DNA of 64,000 bases from Firmicutes bacterium ADurb.Bin248 (lineage in GTDB: Bacteria > Bacillota > Clostridia > Christensenellales > CAG-138), in the NCBI GenBank assembly GCA_002069725.1, contig MWBW01000010.1:1046-65045 (forward strand). The letters run 5' to 3'. Below are positions 20,041 through 29,291 of the stretch, one piece after another. The notes beneath the pieces are model-generated. The model had not been told where the DNA came from. It searched no databases and saw only the letters and a list, made by a program, of their open reading frames with translations. The position numbers and the translations under genes were made by a program. Numbering within the stretch: the stretch's first letter is position 1; each line of letters starts with the position of its first letter.

Positions 20041-22058
20041 CAGCAGACTTCGCTGCCGCCGGGCATGATTTCGTCCGCGGAAAGCAGGCGCAGCGTTTCA
20101 ACGCCGTTTTCCTCGGTCACGGCGCAGAGGAGCATGCCTCGGCTTTCGACGCCGCACATCTTCCTCGGCTTGAGGTTGACGCAGGCGACGAGGCGGCGGC
20201 CGACGAGCGCCTGCGGCTCGGGATACCATTTGCGTATGCCCGAGAGGATCACGCGCTCCGCGCCGTCCCCTGTGTCGAGCGTGAATTTCAGCAGCTTGTC
20301 GCTCTTTGGCACGAATTCGCAGCCCGTCACGACCGCGACGCGCAGCTTCACCTTTTCGAATTCGGAAAAGTCGATGCAGTCCGGCTCCGCAGGCGCTTGC
20401 GCAGCCTCCTGCGCGGGCGCTTCCGGCGCGGGCTTCGCCGCGCAAGCTTCCGCGGGCGTCTCTGCGACCCCTGCCTTAGCCTCGCGCAGCGCCTCGAGCG
20501 CGGCGAGCTCCTTCTTGAGGTCGATGCGCGGGAAAAGCGCCTCGCCTTTATACACCTTCGCGTCCGCGGGCATAACGCCCCACTCGCCCGCCTTCTCCCA
20601 CGAGGTCAAATCTTTGCCCGCGCCGATCTGCGCGAAGGCCTTTTCGCAGCTTCCGGGCATGAAGGGCAAAAGCAGCGTCAGCGACACGCGCAATGTTTCG
20701 ATTAGGTTATAGAGCACGCTCGCGAGGCGCGGCAGATTGGCTTCGTCCCGGGCGAGCACCCAGGGCGCGGTTTCGTCGATGTATTTGTTCGCGCGCGAAA
20801 CGGCGCGCATGATCTCCTCGAGCGCGGCCTGCGTGCCGAAGGAATCCATGAGCGCCTCGTATTTCCCCTTGAGGGAGGATACGATGCCTATGAGCTCGCC
20901 GTCGAGCGGCTCGGGCCTGCGCGCCTCGACCAGCGCGCCGCCGAAGTATTTTTCGACCATCGCGACCGTGCGCGAGAGCAGATTCCCGAGGTCGTTGGCG
21001 AGATCGGTGTTGATGCGCGAGATCAGAAGCTCGTTGGAGAACGCGCCGTCCGAGCCGAGCGGGAACTCGCGCATGAGATAGAAGCGCAGCGCGTCCACGC
21101 CGTAGCGGTTGGCGAGCACGACGGGATCGACGACGTTGCCCTTCGACTTGCTCATCTTGCCGCCGCCCAGCAGAAGCCAGCCGTGGCCGAACACCTTCCT
21201 GGGTATGGGCTCGTTGAGGCTCATCAGCATCGCGGGCCATATGATCGAGTGGAAGCGCACGATCTCCTTGCCCACCATGTGCACGTCCGCGGGCCAGTAT
21301 CTGGCGTAATCGTCATAGCGGCCGTTCTCGAAGCCGAGCGCGGTTGCGTAGTTGAACAGCGCGTCGATCCACACGTACACCACGTGGCCGGGGTCGAAGT
21401 CGACGGGCACGCCCCAGGTAAAGGACGTGCGCGACACGCACAGATCCTCGAGGCCGGGGTCGATGAAGTTTTTGACCATCTCGTTGACGCGGCTCGCGGG
21501 CTCGAGGAACTCCCCGCCCAGCAGAAGCTCGCGCACGCGCCGCGCGTACTTCGAGAGGCGGAAGAAATACGCCTCCTCCTCGGCGTAGCGCACCTCGCGC
21601 CCGCAGTCGGGGCACTTGCCCTCGACGAGCTGGCTCTCGGTCCAGAAGCTCTCGCAGGGCGTGCAGTACATGCCCGCGTATTTTCCTTTATAGATATCGC
21701 CGTTCTCGTACATCCTCTTGAAGATGCGCTGTATGGCGGCGACGTGGTAGGGGTCGGTCGTGCGGATGAACCTGTCGTTCGAAATGTCCATCAGCTTCCA
21801 TAAATCGCGTATGCCGCCCTCGCCCTCGACGATGGCGTCGACGAACGCCTGAGGCGTGACGCCCGCGGCCCTCGCCTTTTCCTCTATCTTCTGGCCGTGC
21901 TCGTCCGTTCCCGTGAGGAACATGACCTCGCAGCCGCACAGCCTTTTGTAGCGCGCGATGACGTCGCTCGCGACCGTGCAGTACGTGTGGCCGATGTGCA
22001 GCTTATCGCTCGGGTAATAGATCGGCGTCGTGATGTAGAACGTTTTTTTCTCCTGCAT
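20040..22058 (-). CDS. metG: Methionine--tRNA ligase with C-terminal tRNA-binding (EMAP/Trbp111-like) domain
   Basis: Start at ATG 22058 (MQEKKTFYITTPIYYPSDKLHIGHTY = HIGH; RBS GAGGAG). KMSKSKGNVV present. C-terminal LKFTLDTGDG...RQILSGIRKWY-type domain. The track ORF start at 22190 runs into the repeat and was rejected. Confidence 0.95.
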   Translation of the reverse strand: MQEKKTFYITTPIYYPSDKLHIGHTYCTVASDVIARYKRLCGCEVMFLTGTDEHGQKIEEKARAAGVTPQAFVDAIVEGEGGIRDLWKLMDISNDRFIRTTDPYHVAAIQRIFKRMYENGDIYKGKYAGMYCTPCESFWTESQLVEGKCPDCGREVRYAEEEAYFFRLSKYARRVRELLLGGEFLEPASRVNEMVKNFIDPGLEDLCVSRTSFTWGVPVDFDPGHVVYVWIDALFNYATALGFENGRYDDYARYWPADVHMVGKEIVRFHSIIWPAMLMSLNEPIPRKVFGHGWLLLGGGKMSKSKGNVVDPVVLANRYGVDALRFYLMREFPLGSDGAFSNELLISRINTDLANDLGNLLSRTVAMVEKYFGGALVEARRPEPLDGELIGIVSSLKGKYEALMDSFGTQAALEEIMRAVSRANKYIDETAPWVLARDEANLPRLASVLYNLIETLRVSLTLLLPFMPGSCEKAFAQIGAGKDLTSWEKAGEWGVMPADAKVYKGEALFPRIDLKKELAALEALREAKAGVAETPAEACAAKPAPEAPAQEAAQAPAEPDCIDFSEFEKVKLRVAVVTGCEFVPKSDKLLKFTLDTGDGAERVILSGIRKWYPEPQALVGRRLVACVNLKPRKMCGVESRGMLLCAVTEENGVETLRLLSADEIMPGGSEVC

Positions 22059-22101
22059 GTGCTTCTCCTCAGGGGCCTTCCCCTCCAGTTTAATACTAGA
22101 A

Positions 22102-22130
22102 AGTGTACGTTCAGGGGGTGTTTTTGTCAA
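22102..22130 (-). promoter_or_regulatory. Candidate sigma-A promoter of metG (TTGACA-17-TACACT)
   Basis: On the minus strand, TTGACA is at 22130..22125, followed by a 17-nt spacer and TACACT at 22107..22102. Confidence 0.4.
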
Positions 22131-22158
22131 CAAGGGAATGTGGTAGAATAGACGAGGG

Positions 22159-22295
22159 GCAATTGATAATTGACAATTGGCAATGGACAATTGTCAATCA
22201 GGGAACGCCGCCGCGGGCGGGAACGGGACGCTTGAGAATTGACAATGGACAATGGACAATTGACAATCGGGGGAACGCCGCCGCGGGCGGGATTG
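22159..22295 (+). repeat. Heptad-array + GC-hairpin composite repeat, array B (2 units)
   Basis: GCAATTGATAATTGACAATTGGCAATGGACAATTGTCAATCAGGGAACGCCGCC-GCG-GGCGGGAACGGGACGCTTGAG, then AATTGACAATGGACAATGGACAATTGACAATCGGGGGAACGCCGCC-GCG-GGCGGGATTGCAGGG. Lies between divergent metG and the methyltransferase gene. Confidence 0.9.
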
Positions 22296-22340
22296 CAGGG
22301 ACGGCCCGCCGACGGATAAAACCCCGCGCCGAGGATTGAT

Positions 22341-23012
22341 ATGCCCGTTGTTGTAGACGACCTTCAATATAAGGGACTCACGCTCCTGCGCGACACGGAG
22401 CGCTTTTCCTACGGGCACGACGCCGTGCTTCTGGCGAACTTCGTGCGCGCGAAGGCGGGCGGGCGCATGATCGACCTGGGCACGGGCACGGGCGTCATCG
22501 CGATACTCGCGCACGCGAAGACCGGCGCAAGCGTGCTCGCCGTGGACATCGACCCGGATTGCTGCGCTCTCGCGCGGCAAAGCGTTGCGATGAACGGGCT
22601 CGAGGGCGCCATCGAGGTGATGCAGGCCGACATGCGGGAACTAACGGTAGCAAAGGCCGGCTCGTTCGACCTGGCGGCGTGCAACCCGCCGTATTTCTCC
22701 GGGGGGACCGAAAGCCCGAATCCCTCCAGAAGAAGGAGCATGTTCCAGGATGACTGCGCGCTCGGGGACGCGGTAAAATGCGCTTCGCGGCTCTTGAAAA
22801 ACGGCGGGCGCTTCTTCATCTGCTATCCCGCGCGCCTGCTCGCGCCGCTGTGCGCGGAACTCGCGGCGGCACGCCTGCCGCCCAAGCGCATCCGCCTCGT
22901 GCGCGCCGGACAGGGCAAGCCCCCCTATCTCGTTTTGATCGAGGCCAAGAAAGGCGCGCGCGACGGCGCGATCGTCGAAGAAATCACGCTGGAGGGAACC
23001 TATGGAACCTGA
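22341..23012 (+). CDS. SAM-dependent methyltransferase, YabB/TrmN6-like (tRNA adenine-N6 type)
   Basis: 223 aa. MIDLGTGTGVIAILAH (motif I) and FDLAACNPPYF (NPPY motif IV). Sits upstream of rsmI, as in the B. subtilis yabB-yabC arrangement. Confidence 0.75.
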   Translation: MPVVVDDLQYKGLTLLRDTERFSYGHDAVLLANFVRAKAGGRMIDLGTGTGVIAILAHAKTGASVLAVDIDPDCCALARQSVAMNGLEGAIEVMQADMRELTVAKAGSFDLAACNPPYFSGGTESPNPSRRRSMFQDDCALGDAVKCASRLLKNGGRFFICYPARLLAPLCAELAAARLPPKRIRLVRAGQGKPPYLVLIEAKKGARDGAIVEEITLEGTYGT

Positions 23013-23859
23013 AGCAACGTCCCTCGCGCCCATGCTCTACCTGTGCGCGACGCCCATAGGCAACATGGAGGACATCACGCTGCGCGCCATACGCGTGCTC
23101 GGCGCGGTCGCCGCGGTCTATTGCGAGGACACGCGGCGCACGGGCGCGCTTCTTACCAAACTCAACATCAAAAAGCCGCTCGCGAGCTGCCGCAGGGAAA
23201 ACGAGGCCGCGCGCGCGCAGGAGATCGTCGCGCGCGTGCTTGCGGGCGAGGCCGTGGCCTACGTCAGCGACGCGGGCATGCCCGGCGTCAGCGATCCGGG
23301 AGAGCGGCTCGTTTCGGCCTGCGTCGCGGCGGGCGCGCCGTTCACGGTGATACCGGGGGCGAGCGCCATGACGGCGGCGCTCGTGCTCTCGGGGCTTCCC
23401 GCGGCGAACGCGTGCTTCGTGGGCTTCCTGCCGCGCGAAACCGGGGCGCGGCGCGCGGCGCTCGGGAGCATCGCGCCCCATAAAGGCACGCTCGTTTTCT
23501 ACGAAAGCCCGCTTCGCGTATCCGCCACGGCGCGGGAGCTTGCCGAAAAACTCGGCGATCGGAGCGCCGCGCTGTGCCGGGAGCTGACCAAGCTGCACGA
23601 AGAGGTCGCGCGCGGCACGCTCGGGGGCATCGCGGAGCAATACGCGCAAACGCCGCCCAAGGGCGAGTGCGTGCTCGTCGTCGCGGGCGCGCCCGAGGAT
23701 GCGGGCATGCCCGAGCAGGACGCGCGCTCTCTCGCAGCGCAACTCGCCGCCTCCGGCCTTCGCGCCAAAGAAGCCGCGGCGGAACTCGCCGGGCGCGCGG
23801 GCATTTCGAAAAACGAAGCGTATTCCCTGATTCGGCAAATAAAACGCGGGGAGGGATAA
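23002..23859 (+). CDS. rsmI: 16S rRNA (cytidine1402-2'-O)-methyltransferase
   Basis: 285 aa. LYLCATPIGNMEDITLRAIRVLGAVAAVYCEDTRRTGALL and AYVSDAGMPGVSDPGERLV. The start could instead be the internal Met 10 codons downstream. Confidence 0.9.
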   Translation: MEPEATSLAPMLYLCATPIGNMEDITLRAIRVLGAVAAVYCEDTRRTGALLTKLNIKKPLASCRRENEAARAQEIVARVLAGEAVAYVSDAGMPGVSDPGERLVSACVAAGAPFTVIPGASAMTAALVLSGLPAANACFVGFLPRETGARRAALGSIAPHKGTLVFYESPLRVSATARELAEKLGDRSAALCRELTKLHEEVARGTLGGIAEQYAQTPPKGECVLVVAGAPEDAGMPEQDARSLAAQLAASGLRAKEAAAELAGRAGISKNEAYSLIRQIKRGEG

Positions 23860-23861
23860 CC

Positions 23862-24926
23862 GTGGAAGAACGACGCGCGCCGGCCATGCGCGAAATTCTC
23901 GCCGGGCACGCGGAAAAGCACCCGTCCCTGCGGCCGCAGGACGCCGTGAAGCTCGCCTTTCAGGCGGCGTACGGCGCGGAGCACCTCGTTTCGGACGAGG
24001 CTTGCGCGCGCGCGCACTTCATGGAGGAGTTCGTGTCCGCAGAGCCGCGCGGGGCCCCGCTGCGCGAGGAGGTATCCCCCGCGCTCTGCCGCGCCGACAT
24101 CGGCGCGTGGAAGGCGCGCAGGCTTCCGCCCGAATGGCTGCTGCGCGCGTTCCTGCTTTCCCTTTCGCCCCCGCCGGAAGGCGCCGAGGAAACCTTCCTC
24201 GGATACCTCGCCGAGGCGCGGGCGCTCGCGAACGGGGGCGCGCTGCCGTTTTCCGGGGAGGAATTCGGGGTATTCGCGGAGGAATACCTTGCGGGGGGCG
24301 TGCGGCCCGTCCGTCACAGCGCCGGGTACCGCGCGGCGGAGAAGCCAGCCTACCGGATCATAGACAAGCGCGTCGCGCGGCTCTTCCCGCTGCTCGGGCG
24401 GATGAACGCGCTCGAAGGGGATGCGAAGGCCGTCGCGCTCGACGGGCGCTGCGCCTCGGGCAAGAGCTCTATGGCGCGCGATCTGGCGGTCATCGCGGGC
24501 GCTGGCGTCGTCCACATGGACGATTTTTTCCTGCCGCCGGAGCTTCGCACGGCGGAACGTCTCGCAGCGCCCGGCGGCAACGCGCATTTCGAGCGCTTCC
24601 GGGAGGAAGTCCTCTCCCGCCTGAATTCACACGAAGCGTTCTCCTACCGGATATTCGACTGCGGAACAATGGATTACGCAGGTCTGCGCGAGGTCGCGGC
24701 TTCCCCTTACCGCGTGGTCGAGGGCGCGTACTGCTGCCATCCCGCGCTCGGCGATTATATGGCGCTTCGCGCGTTTTCGGATGTCGATCCCGCGGCGCAG
24801 CTCGCGCGCATCGGCGAACGCGACGGCGCAAACGCGGCCCGAACGTTTGCCCAACGCTGGATCCCGATGGAGGAAGCGTATTTCGCGGCCTTTCGCATCC
24901 GCGAACGGGCGGACGTCGTGCTGTGA
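23862..24926 (+). CDS. Two-domain protein: unknown N-terminal domain + uridine-kinase-like P-loop NTPase
   Basis: GTG 23862 is preceded by GGGGAGGGA. P-loop VALDGRCASGKSSMARDL, then VVHMDDFF. The longer track ORF (from 23574) overlaps rsmI in another frame. Confidence 0.55.
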   Translation: MEERRAPAMREILAGHAEKHPSLRPQDAVKLAFQAAYGAEHLVSDEACARAHFMEEFVSAEPRGAPLREEVSPALCRADIGAWKARRLPPEWLLRAFLLSLSPPPEGAEETFLGYLAEARALANGGALPFSGEEFGVFAEEYLAGGVRPVRHSAGYRAAEKPAYRIIDKRVARLFPLLGRMNALEGDAKAVALDGRCASGKSSMARDLAVIAGAGVVHMDDFFLPPELRTAERLAAPGGNAHFERFREEVLSRLNSHEAFSYRIFDCGTMDYAGLREVAASPYRVVEGAYCCHPALGDYMALRAFSDVDPAAQLARIGERDGANAARTFAQRWIPMEEAYFAAFRIRERADVVL

Positions 24927-24971
24927 ATCCCGCTTGAAGCGCGCGCGGCGCTCCCGTATAATAAAGGCGCT

Positions 24972-25763
24972 ATGATCTACCTCACCCGCTTCGAAAAACT
25001 CCATACGCCGGAGAATCCGGGCTACCCCTTCACGGTGCCGCTCGTGGCCGCGCTCGAAGGGATCGAATTCGCCTCGCCCGTGACGGTTTTCGCGGGGGAC
25101 AACGGCAGCGGCAAGACGACGCTCCTCGAGCTGATGGCGGCCAAGCTTTCGAGCGTGCGCATCGGCGCGGGCAACCGGGGCGAGCGGCGCGCGCTGCTCG
25201 AGGGCGCGGCCAGGCATTTTCGCGTCACGCGGACGCGGACGCAGAGGCTCTGCTTCTACTTCACGGCGGAGGATTTCTCCCGCGAGCTCGAGGCGCGCAC
25301 GGAGATCCGGCGGGACGCCGAAGCGGCGCTTCGCGAGATCGAGGAGGGCTACGGCGGCCGTTCGGCCTACGCCAGGGGCCTCGCCTCGATGCCGTTCGCG
25401 CGCACCATAGGCGAGATGGACGCGCAATACCGCTCGGATCTGACCGAGCGGAGCCACGGCGAGGGTTTCCTCGATTTTTTCGGGAAACGGCTCGTGCGCG
25501 GCGGGCTGTACCTGCTCGACGAGCCCGAGGCCGCGCTGACATACTTCAACCAGCTCGTGCTGCTCAACATGATCCGCGACGCAATCGCGCAGGATTGCCA
25601 GTTCATACTCTCGACCCACTCGCCGGTGCTCTGCGCGTGCCCCGGCGCTGAGATTTATGAGCTTCAGCCGGAGGGGCCGGTCAAAACGGATTACGATTCG
25701 CTCGCCAACGTGCGCTTCCTTCGCATGTTCCTCGCCGAGCGGGAGAAGCTTTTAAGGCTGTGA
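24972..25763 (+). CDS. Stand-alone ABC/SMC-like AAA ATPase
   Basis: 263 aa. FAGDNGSGKTTLLELM (Walker A), LYLLDEPEAAL (Walker B), LSTHSP (H-loop). Confidence 0.65.
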   Translation: MIYLTRFEKLHTPENPGYPFTVPLVAALEGIEFASPVTVFAGDNGSGKTTLLELMAAKLSSVRIGAGNRGERRALLEGAARHFRVTRTRTQRLCFYFTAEDFSRELEARTEIRRDAEAALREIEEGYGGRSAYARGLASMPFARTIGEMDAQYRSDLTERSHGEGFLDFFGKRLVRGGLYLLDEPEAALTYFNQLVLLNMIRDAIAQDCQFILSTHSPVLCACPGAEIYELQPEGPVKTDYDSLANVRFLRMFLAEREKLLRL

Positions 25764-25795
25764 GCGCCGCGCCTTCGGGCGCACAGGAGGGAACT

Positions 25796-26734
25796 ATGGG
25801 CTACGTCGCGGGCGTCGGCGCGCTCAACGCCGACTTCATCGGGAAAAGCCGCGCCGATCCCGTGCTCAGGGACTCGAACCCCGGGTACGTGCGCATCAAC
25901 GCGGGCGGCGTCACGCGCAACATACTCGAGAACCTCGCGCGCATGGGGCTCGATTGCAGGCTGCTCACGGCCGTGGGGCGCGACGCGCTCGGCGACATGG
26001 CGCTCGACGCGACGCGCGAGGCCGGCGTGGACGTATCCCGCGCGCTTCGCGTATCCGGCGAGCCGACCTCAACCTACTGCGCGTTGCTCGAGCCTTCCGG
26101 GGAGATGTTCGCGGCGCTCTCCGACATGCGCATACTCGAACGGCTCGACGACGCGTATCTCGACGCGCACGCGGCCCTGTTATCCGGCGCGGACGTCGTG
26201 GCGCTCGACACGAGCCTGCCGGAGCGCGCCATAGACCGGGTGCTCGAGCTCGCCCGGGGCGCGCCTGTTTTCGCCGATCCGGTTTCGACGGCGTACGCGA
26301 AAAAGCTCCTCGGCCGCGTCGGGCGTTTCTCCATGCTCAAGCCCAACCGCATGGAGCTCGAAGTTCTCTCGCGCATGCGCGCGGACACGGAGGCCGCGCT
26401 TCGCGCGTCTGCGGAAAAGCTTGTCGCCGAAGGCTGCCGCGCGGTCTATGTCACGCTCGGCGCGGACGGCTGCGCCTTTGCGGATGCGCGGGGGCGCTAT
26501 CTGCGCATGAAGATGCGCCCGGTCGAGCACATGCAAAACGCCACAGGCGCGGGGGATGCGTTCGCGGCGGGCGCGCTTTACGGCTTTGTGAAACGATACG
26601 CGCCGGAGCGGACGCTCGCGCTCGCGCTGGCGGCCGGCCGCGCGGCGATACTTTCCCCCGGGACCGTGGAGCCGCGCGTCGGCGAATCGTTCCTCGATTC
26701 CATTTTGGCCGAAAACCCGGTCGCATCATGTTGA
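25796..26734 (+). CDS. PfkB-family carbohydrate/nucleoside kinase (pseudouridine-kinase-like)
   Basis: ATG 25796 after AGGAGGG. GVGALNADFIG...GGVTRNILENLARMG, and C-terminal NATGAGDAFAAGALYG (the PfkB signature). Confidence 0.75.
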   Translation: MGYVAGVGALNADFIGKSRADPVLRDSNPGYVRINAGGVTRNILENLARMGLDCRLLTAVGRDALGDMALDATREAGVDVSRALRVSGEPTSTYCALLEPSGEMFAALSDMRILERLDDAYLDAHAALLSGADVVALDTSLPERAIDRVLELARGAPVFADPVSTAYAKKLLGRVGRFSMLKPNRMELEVLSRMRADTEAALRASAEKLVAEGCRAVYVTLGADGCAFADARGRYLRMKMRPVEHMQNATGAGDAFAAGALYGFVKRYAPERTLALALAAGRAAILSPGTVEPRVGESFLDSILAENPVASC

Positions 26735-26785
26735 CATCCGGTTGAACTTGCGTTAAAATAACGAAGCGTCTTTAAAAAGACGCGT

Positions 26786-26861
26786 GCGCCCATAGCTCAG
26801 CGGATAGAGTGCCCGGCTACGAACCGGTAGGTCGCAGGTTCAAATCCTGCTGGGCGCGCCA
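26786..26861 (+). tRNA. tRNA-Arg (anticodon ACG)
   Basis: Hand-folded cloverleaf. Acceptor GCGCCCA/TGGGCGC. D arm GCTC-AGCGGATA-GAGT. Anticodon arm CCCGG-CTACGAA-CCGGT. T arm GCAGG-TTCAAAT-CCTGC. Discriminator G plus an encoded CCA. Confidence 0.9.
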
Positions 26862-26873
26862 GCAACCTGTTAA

Positions 26874-26908
26874 AAGAAGTCAACCCCAAAGGGATTGATT
26901 TCTTTTTT
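26874..26908 (+). terminator. Rho-independent terminator after tRNA-Arg
   Basis: AAGAAGTCAACCCC-AAA-GGGATTGATTTCTT followed by a T-run. Confidence 0.7.
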
Positions 26909-26968
26909 ATTGTGATATAATCTTCCTGAAACGGCGGATGCGGGCTGCACAATTAAGCGAGGTCAAAC

Positions 26969-27604
26969 ATGATATTATACATTTCTTCGTATAAGCTGGG
27001 GAATAAAACGGACGTGCTTACACAATGGATCGGCGAAAACAGCAATCAAATCGCGCTGATACCCAATTCCAGGGACGCTTACCCGGATGGGGAGAGAAAA
27101 GATCGGGGGCTTGCGGGCGACGTCAGGTCCCTGGAGGAATTGGGCTTTGATGTGACGGTTCTTTCACTAAAGAATTATTTTGGCAAACAGGAACGACTGC
27201 GGGCCGAATTAAGGGCGTTCAGCGCTTTTTTCGCCGTCGGAGGGAACACGTTTGTGTTAAGGCGGGCAATGAAACGCAGCGGCTTTGACGCGTGCCTAAA
27301 AGAGCTCTCGGGCTCCGATCATTATCTGTATGGAGGATATAGCGCGGGTATTTGCTTGCTTGCCCCAAACATGCATGGGATAGAATTGGCAGACGATCCG
27401 GCGGCGGACCCTTACGGCTGCGAAGCAATTTATGAGGGGCTCGGATTAATAGATTATTTGCCTGTTCCGCATTATCGGTCCGATCATCCTGAGTCCGAAG
27501 CCATGGAGGGCGTTGTGGAATACTTAAATAACAACGGGATAAAGTATGTCACACTGCGTGACGGCGATGTAATCATTGAGAACACGTGTTCGTTAGGCAA
27601 GTGA
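26969..27604 (+). CDS. Peptidase S51 (dipeptidase E)-like / class-I glutamine-amidotransferase-like protein
   Basis: 211 aa. AFFAVGGNTFVLRRAM and YGGYSAGICLLAP (G-x-S-A-G nucleophile elbow). A low-GC gene: 45% counted over 27001-27060. Confidence 0.6.
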   Translation: MILYISSYKLGNKTDVLTQWIGENSNQIALIPNSRDAYPDGERKDRGLAGDVRSLEELGFDVTVLSLKNYFGKQERLRAELRAFSAFFAVGGNTFVLRRAMKRSGFDACLKELSGSDHYLYGGYSAGICLLAPNMHGIELADDPAADPYGCEAIYEGLGLIDYLPVPHYRSDHPESEAMEGVVEYLNNNGIKYVTLRDGDVIIENTCSLGK

Positions 27605-27653
27605 CATTGGTGTTTTTTTGGACCGGATCTTTCGGCAAACAAAAGGAGACGCG

Positions 27654-28271
27654 ATGCTTCGATTATCGGATTGGCCCGAAATTAAGGAGGTTCCGTTTTC
27701 CGGCGACCTCGAAACGGACGCCGTCGCCCTGCTCGCGGCGAACGGCAAAACCGTCACGGCGGCGCACACCCCCGCCGTCGCGCGCAAAAGCGAGGCGCTG
27801 GCAAGGCGCTTCGGCCTCGACCAAGTCCGCGCGTCCCGCGCCGCGCTGCTGCACGACGTTTCCGGCGTGCTCAAACCGCGGGAAATGCTCGATTACGCCC
27901 TCCTTCGCGGCTGGAGCCTCGACGAAGCCGAGCGCAGGCACCCCGTGCTGCTGCACCAGCGCATATCGGCCGATTTTGCCAAAGACCTGTTCGGCGTAAA
28001 TGATGCGATCATTCTCTCGGCCATCGCGTGCCATACGACGCTCAGGGTAAATCCTTCCGATTACGACATGCTGCTCTTCCTCGCGGACAAGCTCGCCTGG
28101 GACCGCGCGGGCGTCCCCCCGTTCGAGGCGGCGGTAACGAAGGCGCTGGACCGCTCGCTCGCGCGGGCCTCGCTCGTCTATATCGATTACGCGCTCAACA
28201 ACGGCATGCTCCTTTTTCCACACGGGCAGCTCAATCAGGCGAAAGCCTGGCTGGAGACGGCGTGCTCTTAA
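27654..28271 (+). CDS. HD-domain phosphohydrolase, YqeK-like
   Basis: ATG 27654 after AAAGGAGA. AALLHDVSG (HD), AIACHTT, LLFLADKLAWDR. Confidence 0.6.
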   Translation: MLRLSDWPEIKEVPFSGDLETDAVALLAANGKTVTAAHTPAVARKSEALARRFGLDQVRASRAALLHDVSGVLKPREMLDYALLRGWSLDEAERRHPVLLHQRISADFAKDLFGVNDAIILSAIACHTTLRVNPSDYDMLLFLADKLAWDRAGVPPFEAAVTKALDRSLARASLVYIDYALNNGMLLFPHGQLNQAKAWLETACS

Positions 28272-28391
28272 ATCGCGTAGAACGCACTTAGAATCGGAGG
28301 ACGGAACGGGCAGCCGTCGCCCTTGTTAGGGGATGCGGGAACTGTCGCCCCGCCTGATTCTTAAACGCAGAACAGACGCTTCGGCGCCCGT

Positions 28392-29291
28392 TCAACAGTT
28401 TCCCCCGCCGCTTCCCACGCGCCCCGCGTCCTTCTTTTCAAGCAGCATGTTGATGATTGAGCCTGCGGAGACAAGCAGGCCGCCCGCGAGAAGGCGCGGC
28501 GTGAAGGCGGCGAGAAAAACCGCGTCTATGACGAGCCCCGCGAACACCTGGCCGATGAACAGGAACAGCGACATGTTGAGCGCGGACACCCTGGTCACGG
28601 TGCGGTTGAGCAGCAGCACGACGCACATGCCCAACGGGCCGCCCAGATAGATCCACGCTTTGGGCGAGAGCGCGAAGGCTGCGAACATGGGTTCGCCGCG
28701 GCCCAGAAGCAGGCAAACGGGAAGCGCCACCGCGAGGCCGACGGCGTAGTTGCAGAACGTGCTCGCGTGCAGGCTCGTGCGCTCCGCCAGGCGCGCGTTG
28801 AGCGTGCGCGCGGCGAGCAGTATGACGCCTGCGGCCAGCGAGGCGAGCACGGCGATCAGGTCGAATGTCTCTGTCATCGCGGCGACGCCCGCGAGCGTGA
28901 GCGCGAGGCCGGCGAGCGACTTCGCGCGGAATTTGCGTTTTGGCATGCCCAAAAGCCCGTATTGATCCACGAATATGCCCGCGACGCCCTGCGCGAACAG
29001 GCCGAGCGCCAGCATGGAGGAGACCCCGATGCGCGCGAAGGCGACGTTGTTGCACACGGTGAGCGGCACGCCCAGAGCGCCCCCCAGGAAAAGGTAAAGC
29101 GGGATTCCGCGGCAAACGAGCCTTTCCCTCCGGATCAGGCACAGCGGCGTGATCGCGAACAGGCCGATCAGATGGATCATCGCCGTCGAGGAATATACGC
29201 CGTATTGCGCCGAGAGGCCGCCGTTGAGCGCGACCATAACGGCGATCAGCGCGCCGGTGAGCAGCGCCAACGTTTCGTACAAGCTTTCCAC
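28392..29291 (-). CDS. DMT-superfamily membrane protein (duplicated DUF606/YdcZ-like halves)
   Basis: About 10 hydrophobic segments arranged as two similar halves. The start is uncertain: GTG 29291, TTG 29282, or the track start at 29333. Confidence 0.55.
   Translation of the reverse strand: MESLYETLALLTGALIAVMVALNGGLSAQYGVYSSTAMIHLIGLFAITPLCLIRRERLVCRGIPLYLFLGGALGVPLTVCNNVAFARIGVSSMLALGLFAQGVAGIFVDQYGLLGMPKRKFRAKSLAGLALTLAGVAAMTETFDLIAVLASLAAGVILLAARTLNARLAERTSLHASTFCNYAVGLAVALPVCLLLGRGEPMFAAFALSPKAWIYLGGPLGMCVVLLLNRTVTRVSALNMSLFLFIGQVFAGLVIDAVFLAAFTPRLLAGGLLVSAGSIINMLLEKKDAGRVGSGGGNC

Noticed and set aside
22059-22158. T-box leader upstream of metG (and upstream of cysS at 11538-11548)
   Set aside because: The metG leader is only about 40 nt from the candidate promoter and has no specifier or T-box sequence. 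cysS is 11 bp downstream of the preceding gene.
20040-22190. Track start of metG at 22190 (MSIANCQLSIAPRLF...)
   Set aside because: That N-terminal extension is translated repeat and promoter sequence. The ATG at 22058, with a GAGGAG RBS, gives the canonical MetRS N-terminus.
26862-28391. Integrated mobile element at tRNA-Arg
   Set aside because: There is no integrase or recombinase and no direct repeat of the tRNA 3' end. Only one gene (26969-27604) is compositionally deviant. It is kept only as a low-interest islet finding.
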